Shown: piece after piece, positions 17,033-25,178 of the stretch
How the letters are laid out: each line of letters begins with the position of its first letter
How positions within the stretch are numbered: position 1 is the first letter of the stretch
Assembly: GCA_045863235.1 (NCBI GenBank)
Contig: BTUM01000001.1
Coordinates: 192,001 to 256,000 of the forward strand
Length of the DNA stretch: 64,000 bases
Direction: 5' to 3'
Source: Candidatus Xenobia bacterium
GTDB lineage: Bacteria > Vulcanimicrobiota > Xenobia > Xenobiales > QWHO01
Program-made: the position numbers and the translations under genes
The notes under the pieces: generated by a model
Databases searched by the model: none
What the model saw: the letters and a program-made list of their open reading frames with translations, nothing else
What the model was told of the DNA's origin: nothing

Positions 17033-17622
17033 AGCTTATCCTCTAACTCCTTCGCCATCTGCTCAAACTCGTCTAGGTTCTGAGCGTGCTTACACACTAC
17101 CACGGGATCGATTGTATCCCTATGAAAGTTTGTATCTAAAGTTCTTTGCCCGGCCGACCAGGTGACCTTCAAGTTCAGTTTGACACCATCGGAGAGCTGA
17201 TAGGTTCGCCCCTCACTTGCTTGGAGCAGTGGCTTTTCTAGAGCTTTCGAAAGCGTCTTGGCACGAACGTCCAGCTTTGCTTTCACGTTCTTACTAGACT
17301 GAAAGTTCACGCCAATCGCCGTCACCGGAGTATGCGGGAGTTCTGTTAGTACACTCTTCAGAAAGACCGGCGCCTCGCTCCGGTTGCCGAAGATAAGCAG
17401 TTTATCGTCTTGGAGCAGCCAACAGAGTCCGCTGCTTGTTCTGAATATGGGCTGGACTCCCCCAATAGGAAGAAAGGCGAGACAGGGTTCCGGAGAGATA
17501 ATAGAGCGCTTTCGGGCCCACTCGGGCTCTAGGATGTGGCGATTAAACCGTCCAACGACAGTTATGTTGAAGGAGGTCATGTCCAGGTCCACCTGGATTT
17601 CCTCCGGAGTTAGTTGCTCCAT
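17029..17622 (-). CDS. TIGR04255-like hypothetical protein
   Basis: ITVVGRFNRHILEPEW ... HTPVTAIGVNF ... DTNFH pattern. Confidence 0.5.
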   Translation of the reverse strand: MEQLTPEEIQVDLDMTSFNITVVGRFNRHILEPEWARKRSIISPEPCLAFLPIGGVQPIFRTSSGLCWLLQDDKLLIFGNRSEAPVFLKSVLTELPHTPVTAIGVNFQSSKNVKAKLDVRAKTLSKALEKPLLQASEGRTYQLSDGVKLNLKVTWSAGQRTLDTNFHRDTIDPVVVCKHAQNLDEFEQMAKELEDKL

Positions 17623-17870
17623 GACACCTGCCAGTTTGTTCCTTGGGGGTTGAACCCCTTTTAGGCCTCAGATGTCTGTCGTCCGTGTGCGGATCCGATT
17701 TTATGTCGAGCCAGGGGGAGATTCTTCCAGAGGTAGGCTGTTCCTCTAGTCGTTAATCTGCGCGCTATTGCTCATGGTGTGCAATTGCTTAGAGTGCGCA
17801 TAGCGGCTTGAGACCCAACCGACTGCGGCTCGGGCAACAATGGCTCTGGAACAGGCTTCTGGCCCTGCCG

Positions 17871-17980
17871 CCCCCCCGGGGGGGATTGTATTTCAGAGAG
17901 ACCGTCCGGTAAGGACGGTGGCTGGCGCCCCGCGCGCGCACCGGGGCGACCCCCCACCCCCCCGGGGAGGGGCCCCCATC
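17871..17980. other. G/C-run palindromic region, candidate packaging (cos-like) site
   Basis: C7G7 palindrome 17871-17884, hairpin 17901-17919, further C/G runs, at the end of the replication operon. Confidence 0.3.
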
Positions 17981-18019
17981 CGATCCTGGCGCGCGCTCGG
18001 CTCGCTCGCCGGTCGAGGT

Positions 18020-18334
18020 TCATTCGGCCAGGGCCCGGTAGAGTTCTCTCCAGGCTCGCCGGCGAGACCGGCGGGGATGGCGCGGGGCCGGCAAAGGCGG
18101 GCGGGTTTGGGGAGAATCCGCTCGGCAGGGCTGGACTCTGAATCCGGCCAAGAACCGCCGGTTCCTCTCCCAATCCTCTGGCGTTTCGTAGTGCCAGGAC
18201 GAATAGCAGTTCTCGCCGATACACCAGCAAGTTCCGTGGCGCTCGCAGTAACACCAGTGTTCGCGACCGATGTTTCGGTAGGGGAAGAGTTCCTCGTCGT
18301 AGAGGTTTGGGTTTGGCGGGCAATCGGGGCACAT
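18020..18334 (-). CDS. Cys/His/Trp-rich hypothetical protein
   Basis: CPDC...HWCYCERH..WCIG; AGGAGG SD. Confidence 0.7.
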   Translation of the reverse strand: MCPDCPPNPNLYDEELFPYRNIGREHWCYCERHGTCWCIGENCYSSWHYETPEDWERNRRFLAGFRVQPCRADSPQTRPPLPAPRHPRRSRRRAWRELYRALAE

Positions 18335-18421
18335 GGGGTTATCCTCCTTTTCTTGGGTCGGGGCGTGGCTAACAAGGTCGGGGCATGGCTGACAAGGCTC
18401 GAGCGCAAGGGCTCCTCCCCG

Positions 18422-19111
18422 TCAGCCACGGGCGGGCCTACCGTTCAGGGCAGCGCGGCGTTTCTCGCGCTCGGCCTCCAGGTAGGCAGGGGTAAAGAGC
18501 CCGGGGTTTTGGGCGGCCAGGTCGGCCAGCTCGGCCTCGAATTCCTCCTCCGTCTGGTAGCCCCCGACAGGGGGGCTGCCAGCACCGGAACGGATCGTCA
18601 GAGACGTTCCTTTCTTTAATCTTTCTTTAGGGGCGCTGGAAGCCGCATGGTTGCTTGCTCCCAGGGCCGTAGGGGTTACCGATTCGGTAACGGGGGGGTT
18701 ACCGATTTGGTAACGGGTACCGATTCGGTAACGGGGGGGGGTTACCGATTCGGTAACGGGGTCACCCGTCGGTTCTGGCTTCGGGTCGCCATTCCAGCGC
18801 TCTGGCCGGGGTTCAAAAAAGTACTCGGTGGCGGTACATTTTTGAGCATTTGGGGGGGTGACCCGGCTGATAATGCCCCTCTCTTCGAGCCCCCGGATGG
18901 CCAGACTGACATGGGTCTTGGCCAGGCCGGTAGCTTCAGCCAGTTCGGCCAGGCCGACCGAGACCCGGCAGCTCTTGCGGCGGTCTCGCCAGCCCAGGAT
19001 TCTGCGCTGCACCAGGGCGAGCCAGACTCGCAGTTCGCGGGCGGTGAGGTCGGCCCGGGCAATTGCGTCGGTGATATGGTTGGGCACCCGAGCGAAGCCC
19101 TGCCGCCTCAC
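18422..19111 (-). CDS. Lambda O-like replication initiator
   Basis: GFARVPN..DAIARADLT.RELRV...GW, wHTH, internal iterons, KERLKK. Confidence 0.8.
   Translation of the reverse strand: MRRQGFARVPNHITDAIARADLTARELRVWLALVQRRILGWRDRRKSCRVSVGLAELAEATGLAKTHVSLAIRGLEERGIISRVTPPNAQKCTATEYFFEPRPERWNGDPKPEPTGDPVTESVTPPRYRIGTRYQIGNPPVTESVTPTALGASNHAASSAPKERLKKGTSLTIRSGAGSPPVGGYQTEEEFEAELADLAAQNPGLFTPAYLEAEREKRRAALNGRPARG
18675..18757. repeat. Replication origin: four 17-bp palindromic iterons
   Basis: GTTACCGATTCGGTAAC consensus at 18675, 18698, 18716, 18741; AT-rich tract near 18607-18630. Confidence 0.85.
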
Positions 19112-20787
19112 GGGAGCAGCTCCTCGTATCGCCGGGGCTCGGGCTCGCGGGGTTCGATGGTGTGCAAACTGAGGGTCGCTGGCTGCCAGTGCAGCTCTAT
19201 GCTGCCCGTTGCGCCCTCGCGGTTCTTGGCCAGGGTGATCACGACGGTGCGCGGGGCCTCGCCCTCGGTCACGGTGCCGGGGCGCCGGTGCAACAACACC
19301 ACCTTGTTGGCCGCTTGCTCCAGCTCGCCAGAGTCTCGCAGGTCCGTCAGCCCGGGCGGGTCGTCGGGCCGGGCGGGCCGCTTGAGCTGCACCAGGGCCA
19401 GCAGCGGCAGTTCGAGCCGCTGAGCCAGGATTTTCAGTTCCCTCGCCACCAGCGACACTCGCTCGTAGCTCGAGCTTATGCTGCCTCGGGGGCGCACCAG
19501 GCCAAGATAGTCGAGCACCACCAGGGCGGCGTCAGGGTGCTGACGCCGGAAGGTATCGGCCAGGCCTTGCACTTCCTCCAGGGCGGCGCCCGTGTCGCAC
19601 AGATACAGCCGGGGGTACTCGCCCCGGACTCGCTCGATGCGGTCGGCGGTCACTTCGTCGTGGCCGATCTGCAAATGCTGTTGCACCAGGCGCCCGGCTA
19701 CCTCCAAGGCGCTCATCTCGAGCGTGATGAGCAGCACGGGGCCATGGGCCCGGCTGACATTGGCGGCCACCTGCAAGCCGAAGGCGCTCTTGCCTTCGCC
19801 GGGGCGTCCACCGAGCAGCACCAGTTGACCGGGCCCGAGCCCCTGGGTCAGGGCGTCAACGCGGCGCAGGCCGGTGCTGACGTAGCCTTCCCTTTGGCGC
19901 CCCTGGCGGTACCGTTCGGCCAGCTCGCCGAGCACGTCCGGCATGGGTGACCAGGGCGCTCGAGCAGCTTCAGGCTCGGGCTCGATGGCGGCCAGCTCGG
20001 GCTCGGGAGCCCCGGCGGCCAGGGCGAGGAGTCGCTCTCGTTGCCCCCCGGCATCGAGCCAGTCTGACAGGTCCGCGCCCTTGCCAGGGCTCGAGCCCGG
20101 CGGCCAATGCTCGGCCAGGTCGAGGAGGCGGACGGTGGCTCCGGCCTGCCTGAGCCGGGTGGCGATGGTCGAGGCATACTTGCGGCCCGGGTCGTCGTGG
20201 TCGGGGATGATGACGACCTGTCGGCCCCGGAGTAGCTCCAGGGCATCCTGGCCCAGCTTGCCGGCGGTACCCGAGCCTCCGGGGGAGGTCGTGGCCACCA
20301 GCCCGAGCCGGGCGGCCCGGTCGGCGTCTTTCTCGCCCTCGCACCACACGATCGGGGCGGTCGGGTCAGCAGCCAGCAGCTCGGGCAAGCGGTAGGGCAG
20401 GGTTGTGGCGGGAGCCCGGTGCTCCCATTCGAGCCCAGCCCAGCGAGCCTGGAAGAACTGCTTCCCGGGCCGCCGGGTCACCCGATGGTAGGGCTCACCG
20501 GCCGCGTCGCGGTAAACGTAGGTCGCCTCGGGCTCGGTGCGCTGGTGGCGCTCATGGCCAGGCCGGTCGGGTGGCGCCGGGAGCCCGGCCAGGTCGGCCA
20601 GGCCCCAGACGGTGGTGGGGGCGCACCCGGCCATGCACCGACAGCCACCAGTCTCGAAGTTGACCCTTAAGCTTGGGCGGCTGTCCCGGTGCATCGGGCA
20701 AATGGCGCTGAGCCAGGGGCCCTCGGCGTCGGGTCGAGCCCGATGAAGGTGGGTCAGGGCCCACGCGGCCAGGGGCCCCGCGCTCAA
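19108..20787 (-). CDS. Primase-helicase fusion (Zn finger, TOPRIM, DnaB-like SF4 helicase)
   Basis: CPMH..C...C; CEGEKD and DHD; GGRPGEGKS, LEM, DYL, LRDSGELEQ, KNREG. Confidence 0.92.
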   Translation of the reverse strand: MSAGPLAAWALTHLHRARPDAEGPWLSAICPMHRDSRPSLRVNFETGGCRCMAGCAPTTVWGLADLAGLPAPPDRPGHERHQRTEPEATYVYRDAAGEPYHRVTRRPGKQFFQARWAGLEWEHRAPATTLPYRLPELLAADPTAPIVWCEGEKDADRAARLGLVATTSPGGSGTAGKLGQDALELLRGRQVVIIPDHDDPGRKYASTIATRLRQAGATVRLLDLAEHWPPGSSPGKGADLSDWLDAGGQRERLLALAAGAPEPELAAIEPEPEAARAPWSPMPDVLGELAERYRQGRQREGYVSTGLRRVDALTQGLGPGQLVLLGGRPGEGKSAFGLQVAANVSRAHGPVLLITLEMSALEVAGRLVQQHLQIGHDEVTADRIERVRGEYPRLYLCDTGAALEEVQGLADTFRRQHPDAALVVLDYLGLVRPRGSISSSYERVSLVARELKILAQRLELPLLALVQLKRPARPDDPPGLTDLRDSGELEQAANKVVLLHRRPGTVTEGEAPRTVVITLAKNREGATGSIELHWQPATLSLHTIEPREPEPRRYEELLP

Positions 20788-21077
20788 AAGACTACGCGTC
20801 CAGATTGGAGCTTGTTGGTGGCCTCGGCGGCCAGCGCAGGCAGTATCGTCCGCTGCAGCTCCAGCGCGTGGAGCTGCACAGTGAGCGGGGTGGTGTCGCC
20901 CCGCGACACGGTGAGGCGCAGGTACTGGTTGCGGTCATCGAGCGGCGCCACGACACGGACGTGAGAGCCATCCCAGGTCCTGGTGTCAAGCAATACTCGG
21001 CCTTCGTCATCGAGGGGGGCCTGCATCCTCATTGCAGCAGAGGTTTTTGCGCGGCGTGCGCAAAAAATGTCAGTCAT
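20784..21077 (-). CDS. Hypothetical protein
   Basis: ORF with AAGGA SD, overlapping primase start. Confidence 0.55.
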   Translation of the reverse strand: MTDIFCARRAKTSAAMRMQAPLDDEGRVLLDTRTWDGSHVRVVAPLDDRNQYLRLTVSRGDTTPLTVQLHALELQRTILPALAAEATNKLQSGRVVF

Positions 21078-21093
21078 AGCTTGTTCCTTTCAG

Positions 21094-21119
21094 GCCCGCC
21101 CCAGCGGGCTTGTTTTTTT
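21094..21119 (+). terminator. Hairpin plus T-tract, oriented against the leftward operon
   Basis: GCCCGC-CCCA-GCGGGC-TTGTTTTTTT. Confidence 0.5.
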
Positions 21120-21127
21120 GTGGGGGT

Positions 21128-21325
21128 TCAGTCGCCAGAGGATCGGCGGGCTGGAACAACGCGCAGCCAGCGGTCTATGGCCTCGGTCGTAAAGCGCAGG
21201 TGGCCACGAGGGCCACGGCGGGCGTGGGCCAGCTCTCGGATGCGAGCAGCCTCGCGGATTGTCTCGGGATGGCAGTTCGCGTAGTGGGCGGCCTCAGCTG
21301 TGTTAAGCCAGCGGCGCTCAGACAT
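21128..21325 (-). CDS. Excisionase/AlpA-like HTH
   Basis: WLNTAEAAHYANCHPETIR...LRF...IDRWL; start ATG 21325. Confidence 0.85.
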   Translation of the reverse strand: MSERRWLNTAEAAHYANCHPETIREAARIRELAHARRGPRGHLRFTTEAIDRWLRVVPARRSSGD

Positions 21326-21539
21326 TGCGGACCTCCCGTGGCCATCCGCTATTGTCAAAGAGCTCGCCCTCGGGAATTGCGAGCGCTGCAGCAAGCCTTG
21401 CCCGCACTGAAGGGCCTGCCTTGTTCTTTCCGGTTTCGAGGCGGGATAGGTTGCTGTCCGTCAGGTTGGCCGCGCGAGCCAAAGCTGCCATCTGTATCCC
21501 TCGCTCTTGGCGGGCCCACCGAATCACGGTATCTACCAC
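21318..21539 (-). CDS. Cro-like XRE HTH
   Basis: RQERGI..AALARAANLTDSNLSRLETG. Confidence 0.85.
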   Translation of the reverse strand: MVDTVIRWARQERGIQMAALARAANLTDSNLSRLETGKNKAGPSVRARLAAALAIPEGELFDNSGWPREVRNV

Positions 21540-21649
21540 GTCGTTAACTCCCTTCGGCTGCTCTGTTGAGGGGGATTCAACCTCTCTTCGAGAATATAGA
21601 ACAGAAGAAGAAAGTGAATCCCAAGTTTCCTTGGGTTCTTGGAGGGTGA

Positions 21650-22096
21650 ATGGAACCGAGTAATCGACTAGAGGAAATCCTCAACGCCTTGCGCTGGCAA
21701 GCTATGAGGTATCCGAACCGTTACCCCAATCTTACATTGAGCCAGATCGCGGGCAGACTCGGCGTCTCTGACGAGCAACTTCGGCTCTATAGACAGGGAA
21801 AGCACAGCATCTGCCGCATTCAAGGGCCGCTGGCCATCCTCTGCGCTGAGTATGGGCTGGGGCAAAGCCTGGATATGCCAAACTCCACGCTCACTACCGT
21901 CGCATGCCGGGAGGACGACCAGGCCAAGCATGATTGGCTCCCGATAAGTCGCCGCTTTTGGGAGTTGGCTCCCCGTCGGAGCCGTAAGACCGAATTAGTT
22001 CGAACGCTGGAAGACTTATCTCACGCTAAAGCAACTTCGCCACCGCCGCGTGCTGGTGCTGGGGCTGAAGATGGGCGTACCGCATCACCATCGTGA
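21650..22096 (+). CDS. Divergent HTH regulator (candidate repressor)
   Basis: LTLSQIAGRLGVSDEQLRLYRQG. Confidence 0.6.
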   Translation: MEPSNRLEEILNALRWQAMRYPNRYPNLTLSQIAGRLGVSDEQLRLYRQGKHSICRIQGPLAILCAEYGLGQSLDMPNSTLTTVACREDDQAKHDWLPISRRFWELAPRRSRKTELVRTLEDLSHAKATSPPPRAGAGAEDGRTASPS

Positions 22097-23099
22097 GGGT
22101 TCGGTGCCCGAGCAGTTCCTTCAACGTGAGTAGGTCCACCCCGGCCATCGCCAGCTTCGAGGCGAAGCAATGCCGCAGGTCGTGCCAGTGGAAGTCCTCG
22201 ATGCCTGCCTGGTCGAGCGCTGGCTTGAAGCGCCGCCGGCAGAAGTTGTTGGCTGCCAGGTGCGTCTCGGGCAGCGACTTGCCATCGGGGCCGAAGCGCC
22301 CATGATTCTTGGACGGGAAGACCCACTGTGACCCAGCGGCGTCTTCCTTCAGGTCGCGCAAAATCTCCACGGCCCGATCGTTCAGTGGCACGTTGCGCTT
22401 CAGCCCGTGCTTCGAACGCGGGATGGTTAGGAAGCGCGTGGTAAAGTTCACGCTGGCCCAGCGCAGCGTGAACTGCTCTTCCTGGCGCAGGCCGGTCAGG
22501 ATGGCCAATTCCACCAGCAGCCAGGCCTTCGGGTCCATCTTCTCGCGCAGGGAGGCCAACTCTTTATCGTCCAGGTAACGGCAGCGAGCGTTGTTCTCCA
22601 CCAGGAGCTTGACTTTCCCCCTGGTGAACGGGGAGCTCTCGAGCAGCCCATCGCGTAGAGCCAGTGAGAACAGGCGCCGCAGAAAGGCCAGGTGCCGGTT
22701 GCAGGTGGCGGGGGCGTAGCTCCTGGCTGCCTCGAGCTTCCAGCGCTCGAGGTCGCGAGGCTGGATCTGATCGAGCCGCGCCCCGGGGAGCGCAGCCTCC
22801 CAGCAGCGCACGTGCTCTTCATCCCGTTTCCAGGTGCGTTTCGCCTTCAGCTCAGCTTCAAATTCATGGTAGGCCTCGCGGATCGTGGGGGCGAGCTTCT
22901 CTCTCCGGTTGCGCTCCGGCAGAATCTTTCCTTCAAGCTTTTCGGCTTGGCGTTTGGCATAGAGGAGTCTGGCATTCGCCTTCGTTCCAGCCTTCTGCCG
23001 GTTCCGCTTGCCATCTTTGTCAAACCAGCAGACCCACCAGATAGCGCTGCCCTTTGGGTGCTCATAGAGCCCGCGATCCTTACCGCCTGGTCGTGCCAA
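22026..23099 (-). CDS. Tyrosine integrase (satellite)
   Basis: TGLR, K, HDLRH, LLGH, MRYAH. Confidence 0.95.
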   Translation of the reverse strand: MARPGGKDRGLYEHPKGSAIWWVCWFDKDGKRNRQKAGTKANARLLYAKRQAEKLEGKILPERNRREKLAPTIREAYHEFEAELKAKRTWKRDEEHVRCWEAALPGARLDQIQPRDLERWKLEAARSYAPATCNRHLAFLRRLFSLALRDGLLESSPFTRGKVKLLVENNARCRYLDDKELASLREKMDPKAWLLVELAILTGLRQEEQFTLRWASVNFTTRFLTIPRSKHGLKRNVPLNDRAVEILRDLKEDAAGSQWVFPSKNHGRFGPDGKSLPETHLAANNFCRRRFKPALDQAGIEDFHWHDLRHCFASKLAMAGVDLLTLKELLGHRTLTMVMRYAHLQPQHQHAAVAKLL

Positions 23100-23143
23100 A
23101 TTGGCCTCCGGGAACTATCGTCTTCTCCTGGCGACTTCTGGGC

Positions 23144-23164
23144 TAACTGCCCCTGGAAGTGCCA
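23144..23164 (+). promoter_or_regulatory. Candidate integrase arm-type site (right)
   Basis: TAACTGCCCCTGGAAGTGCCA, 18/21 to 15152-15172. Confidence 0.55.
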
Positions 23165-23227
23165 CCGCCAAAAGAGTCTGAGGTTAAGTTCTATACAGAA
23201 TATGGTGTTCCTGTTCTTGGTTGAGCG

Positions 23228-23304
23228 ACTGAAAATCGCAGTGTCGCCAGTTCAATTCTGGCCCTCGGCACCAACGATAAGCCCGCTCCAGAGCGGGCTT
23301 TCGT
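23228..23304 (+). repeat. att repeat copy 2: tRNA-Phe 3' half (to CCA at 23273) plus terminator
   Basis: Identical to 15015-15091; no acceptor-stem 5' strand upstream. Confidence 0.93.
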
Positions 23305-23721
23305 ATTTGTAGTCCATGTTCCCGGAGCGCTTCATCCCGGACTGCCAGCCTCAGGGGGCGGCCCGCTACCGCGCCGCTCCCGATAGTGCCCCGTTTGGAA
23401 CTCCTCCGTGATAGTCTGGTCGGTCTTTAGCGCGGGGCTAAGACCGCAGAACGTTGTTACGCACGCAGTCGAACCCGCTTTCTTCGCTCAATAGAAGGAC
23501 CCGACGCAACTGCTGTCCTGTTGACGACAGGTGCGACTGCAGTTGCGCCAGGTCAGTCCCCATTCTACGCTGCCTCGTTCAACGGATTATCAACGGTCGA
23601 TCTCCCGCCGGCTGCCAACAGGCTGATGCGCTCACGATCGGGTCTTCCGACTCCCCGCAACAGCTATGCCCAGTCCGAGGCGGCCGACAGGTGAGCCCAG
23701 CCGGGACCCGAATCCCTCTCC

Positions 23722-24021
23722 ATGGACCAGCAACAACGCCGACGTCTCACCGACATCCTCTACCTGGGAGGCGCCACCATCGCAGCCGTTTCGGTGGGCC
23801 TGCTCATGCGTGGCTCGCCCGAGCCGCTGGCGGCCAGCACCCACAGCCCCAGCCCGACTCCGTCGGCCACCGCCTCGCACACCCCGGTGCCCTCGCCGGT
23901 GCAGATCGCGCCCGAGCCTGACAACTGCCCGGCCTGCGGCATGGCTGTGCGGGTCCATCGCGATCAAGACTTCATTGAGCGCACCCAGAAGATCCAACAA
24001 GAGAAACCTTCCAAGCCGTGA
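23722..24021 (+). CDS. Putative MNIO substrate/RiPP precursor with CPACGM motif
   Basis: N-terminal hydrophobic segment, P/S/T linker, DNCPACGMA; GTGA overlap with DUF692 gene. Confidence 0.75.
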   Translation: MDQQQRRRLTDILYLGGATIAAVSVGLLMRGSPEPLAASTHSPSPTPSATASHTPVPSPVQIAPEPDNCPACGMAVRVHRDQDFIERTQKIQQEKPSKP

Positions 24022-24911
24022 AACCGGGCTGTCCCGGCGTGGGGTTGGCCCTGTCGGGCCATCCCAGCCACGTCGAGCTGCTCAGGCCGCTGGCCGAGCT
24101 GGTCGACTTCCTTGAGGTCTGTCCCGAGCAGCTTTGGAACAGTCAGACCGAGCTCAGCTCACGGGTCGAGCTCTATGAGCAGCTCAAGGACGAAACCGGC
24201 AAGCCGTTCGTGGCTCACGGGCTGGGCCTGTCACTGGGCACCCCCCTGTCCACTCCCGAGGAGGTATCGCGCACCGAGCGCTGGCTGAGCCAGATCGCCC
24301 GCCTGCACGAGCGGCTCGAGCTGGAGTGGTACACCGACCACCTGGGCAGCTCCCACACCGCCGGGGGACTGGTCACCGGCCTGCACCTGCCCTTGCCCCA
24401 CACGGACGAAGCCGTTCAGGCGGTGAAGGAGCGATTGGAGCGGCTCCGCCGCATCGTGCCCCTGGTGGGCTTCGAGAACACGGTCTTCTACTTCACCCTG
24501 GAGGACCCGATGCAGGAGGCGAGCTTCTACAACCGCCTCTGCCGAGAAACGGGCGCCCGCCTGCTGCTCGATCTGCACAACGTCTATGCCCACTGCCGGA
24601 ACTTCGGCCTGGACCCGCTGGCCTTCGTGGGCAAGATCGACCTTGCCAACGTGCTCGAGCTGCACCTGAGCGGGGGCAGCGAGAGCGACCCCTCCTGGTT
24701 GGACGGTCCCGTGCTGCGACTCGATTCGCATGACGGCCCGGTGCCCGAGCCGGTCTGGGAGCTGCTCGACGAGGTGTTGCCCCGCTGCCCCGCGGTGCGG
24801 GGCGTGACCCTGGAGCGCATCGAGGGGACCATCGAGCCCCAGGACGTGCCGCTGCTGCGCCAGGAGCTAGAGCGAATCCGCCTGGCGGTGGCGCAGAAAG
24901 CTCTCCCATAG
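24018..24911 (+). CDS. DUF692 multinuclear non-heme iron oxidative enzyme (MNIO)
   Basis: EVCPE, HGLGLSLG, TDHL, EN, LLLDLHNVY, ELHLSG, DSHDGPVPEPVW, LER. Confidence 0.93.
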   Translation: MKPGCPGVGLALSGHPSHVELLRPLAELVDFLEVCPEQLWNSQTELSSRVELYEQLKDETGKPFVAHGLGLSLGTPLSTPEEVSRTERWLSQIARLHERLELEWYTDHLGSSHTAGGLVTGLHLPLPHTDEAVQAVKERLERLRRIVPLVGFENTVFYFTLEDPMQEASFYNRLCRETGARLLLDLHNVYAHCRNFGLDPLAFVGKIDLANVLELHLSGGSESDPSWLDGPVLRLDSHDGPVPEPVWELLDEVLPRCPAVRGVTLERIEGTIEPQDVPLLRQELERIRLAVAQKALP

Positions 24912-25178
24912 AGCCGCTTCCTCGGCCGGAAAGTAGGCCTGCGGGGGCACTTCCCGGTGGTAAGCCAGGAAGTCGCGCGTGAAGCCGTCCGGGTCTCGGT
25001 CGTAGAGCTCGCGGTAGCGGGCTTCGGCCCGCATGACCCGGTCGAAGCGGAGCTTGAGGATGATGGTGGCGGCAAGTCGCAAGCCCTGGGGGTCCAGGCC
25101 AAGATCGCTCAACTCGCGCTCGGGCTCGGCCGAGACCAGCGCCCGGGCCAGCCGCTCCTGCAGATCGGCCAGCCTCAC
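24867..25178 (-). CDS. DUF692-associated partner-like helical protein
   Basis: LADLQ..LARALV...GLD..GL.LAA..I.KLR...F...FLAY resembles small MNIO partner domains. Confidence 0.55.
   Translation of the reverse strand: MRLADLQERLARALVSAEPERELSDLGLDPQGLRLAATIILKLRFDRVMRAEARYRELYDRDPDGFTRDFLAYHREVPPQAYFPAEEAALWESFLRHRQADSL

Larger units (their letters stand above)
15015..23304. mobile_element. Phage satellite / PICI-like element (~8.2 kb) integrated at tRNA-Phe
   Basis: 77-bp flanking direct repeats; int, divergent HTHs, Xis, primase-helicase, rep; no structural genes. Confidence 0.88.

Noticed and set aside
18675..18757. Mini CRISPR array
   Set aside because: Repeats are 17 bp with 1-8 nt G spacers inside a rep gene; these are iterons, and no cas genes are present
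15015..23304. Capsid-forming PICI or ICE
   Set aside because: No capsid, portal, terminase, relaxase or T4SS genes recognised
23305..23720. ncRNA or gene in the spacer after attR
   Set aside because: Only weak hairpins and no convincing ORF or recognisable RNA motif
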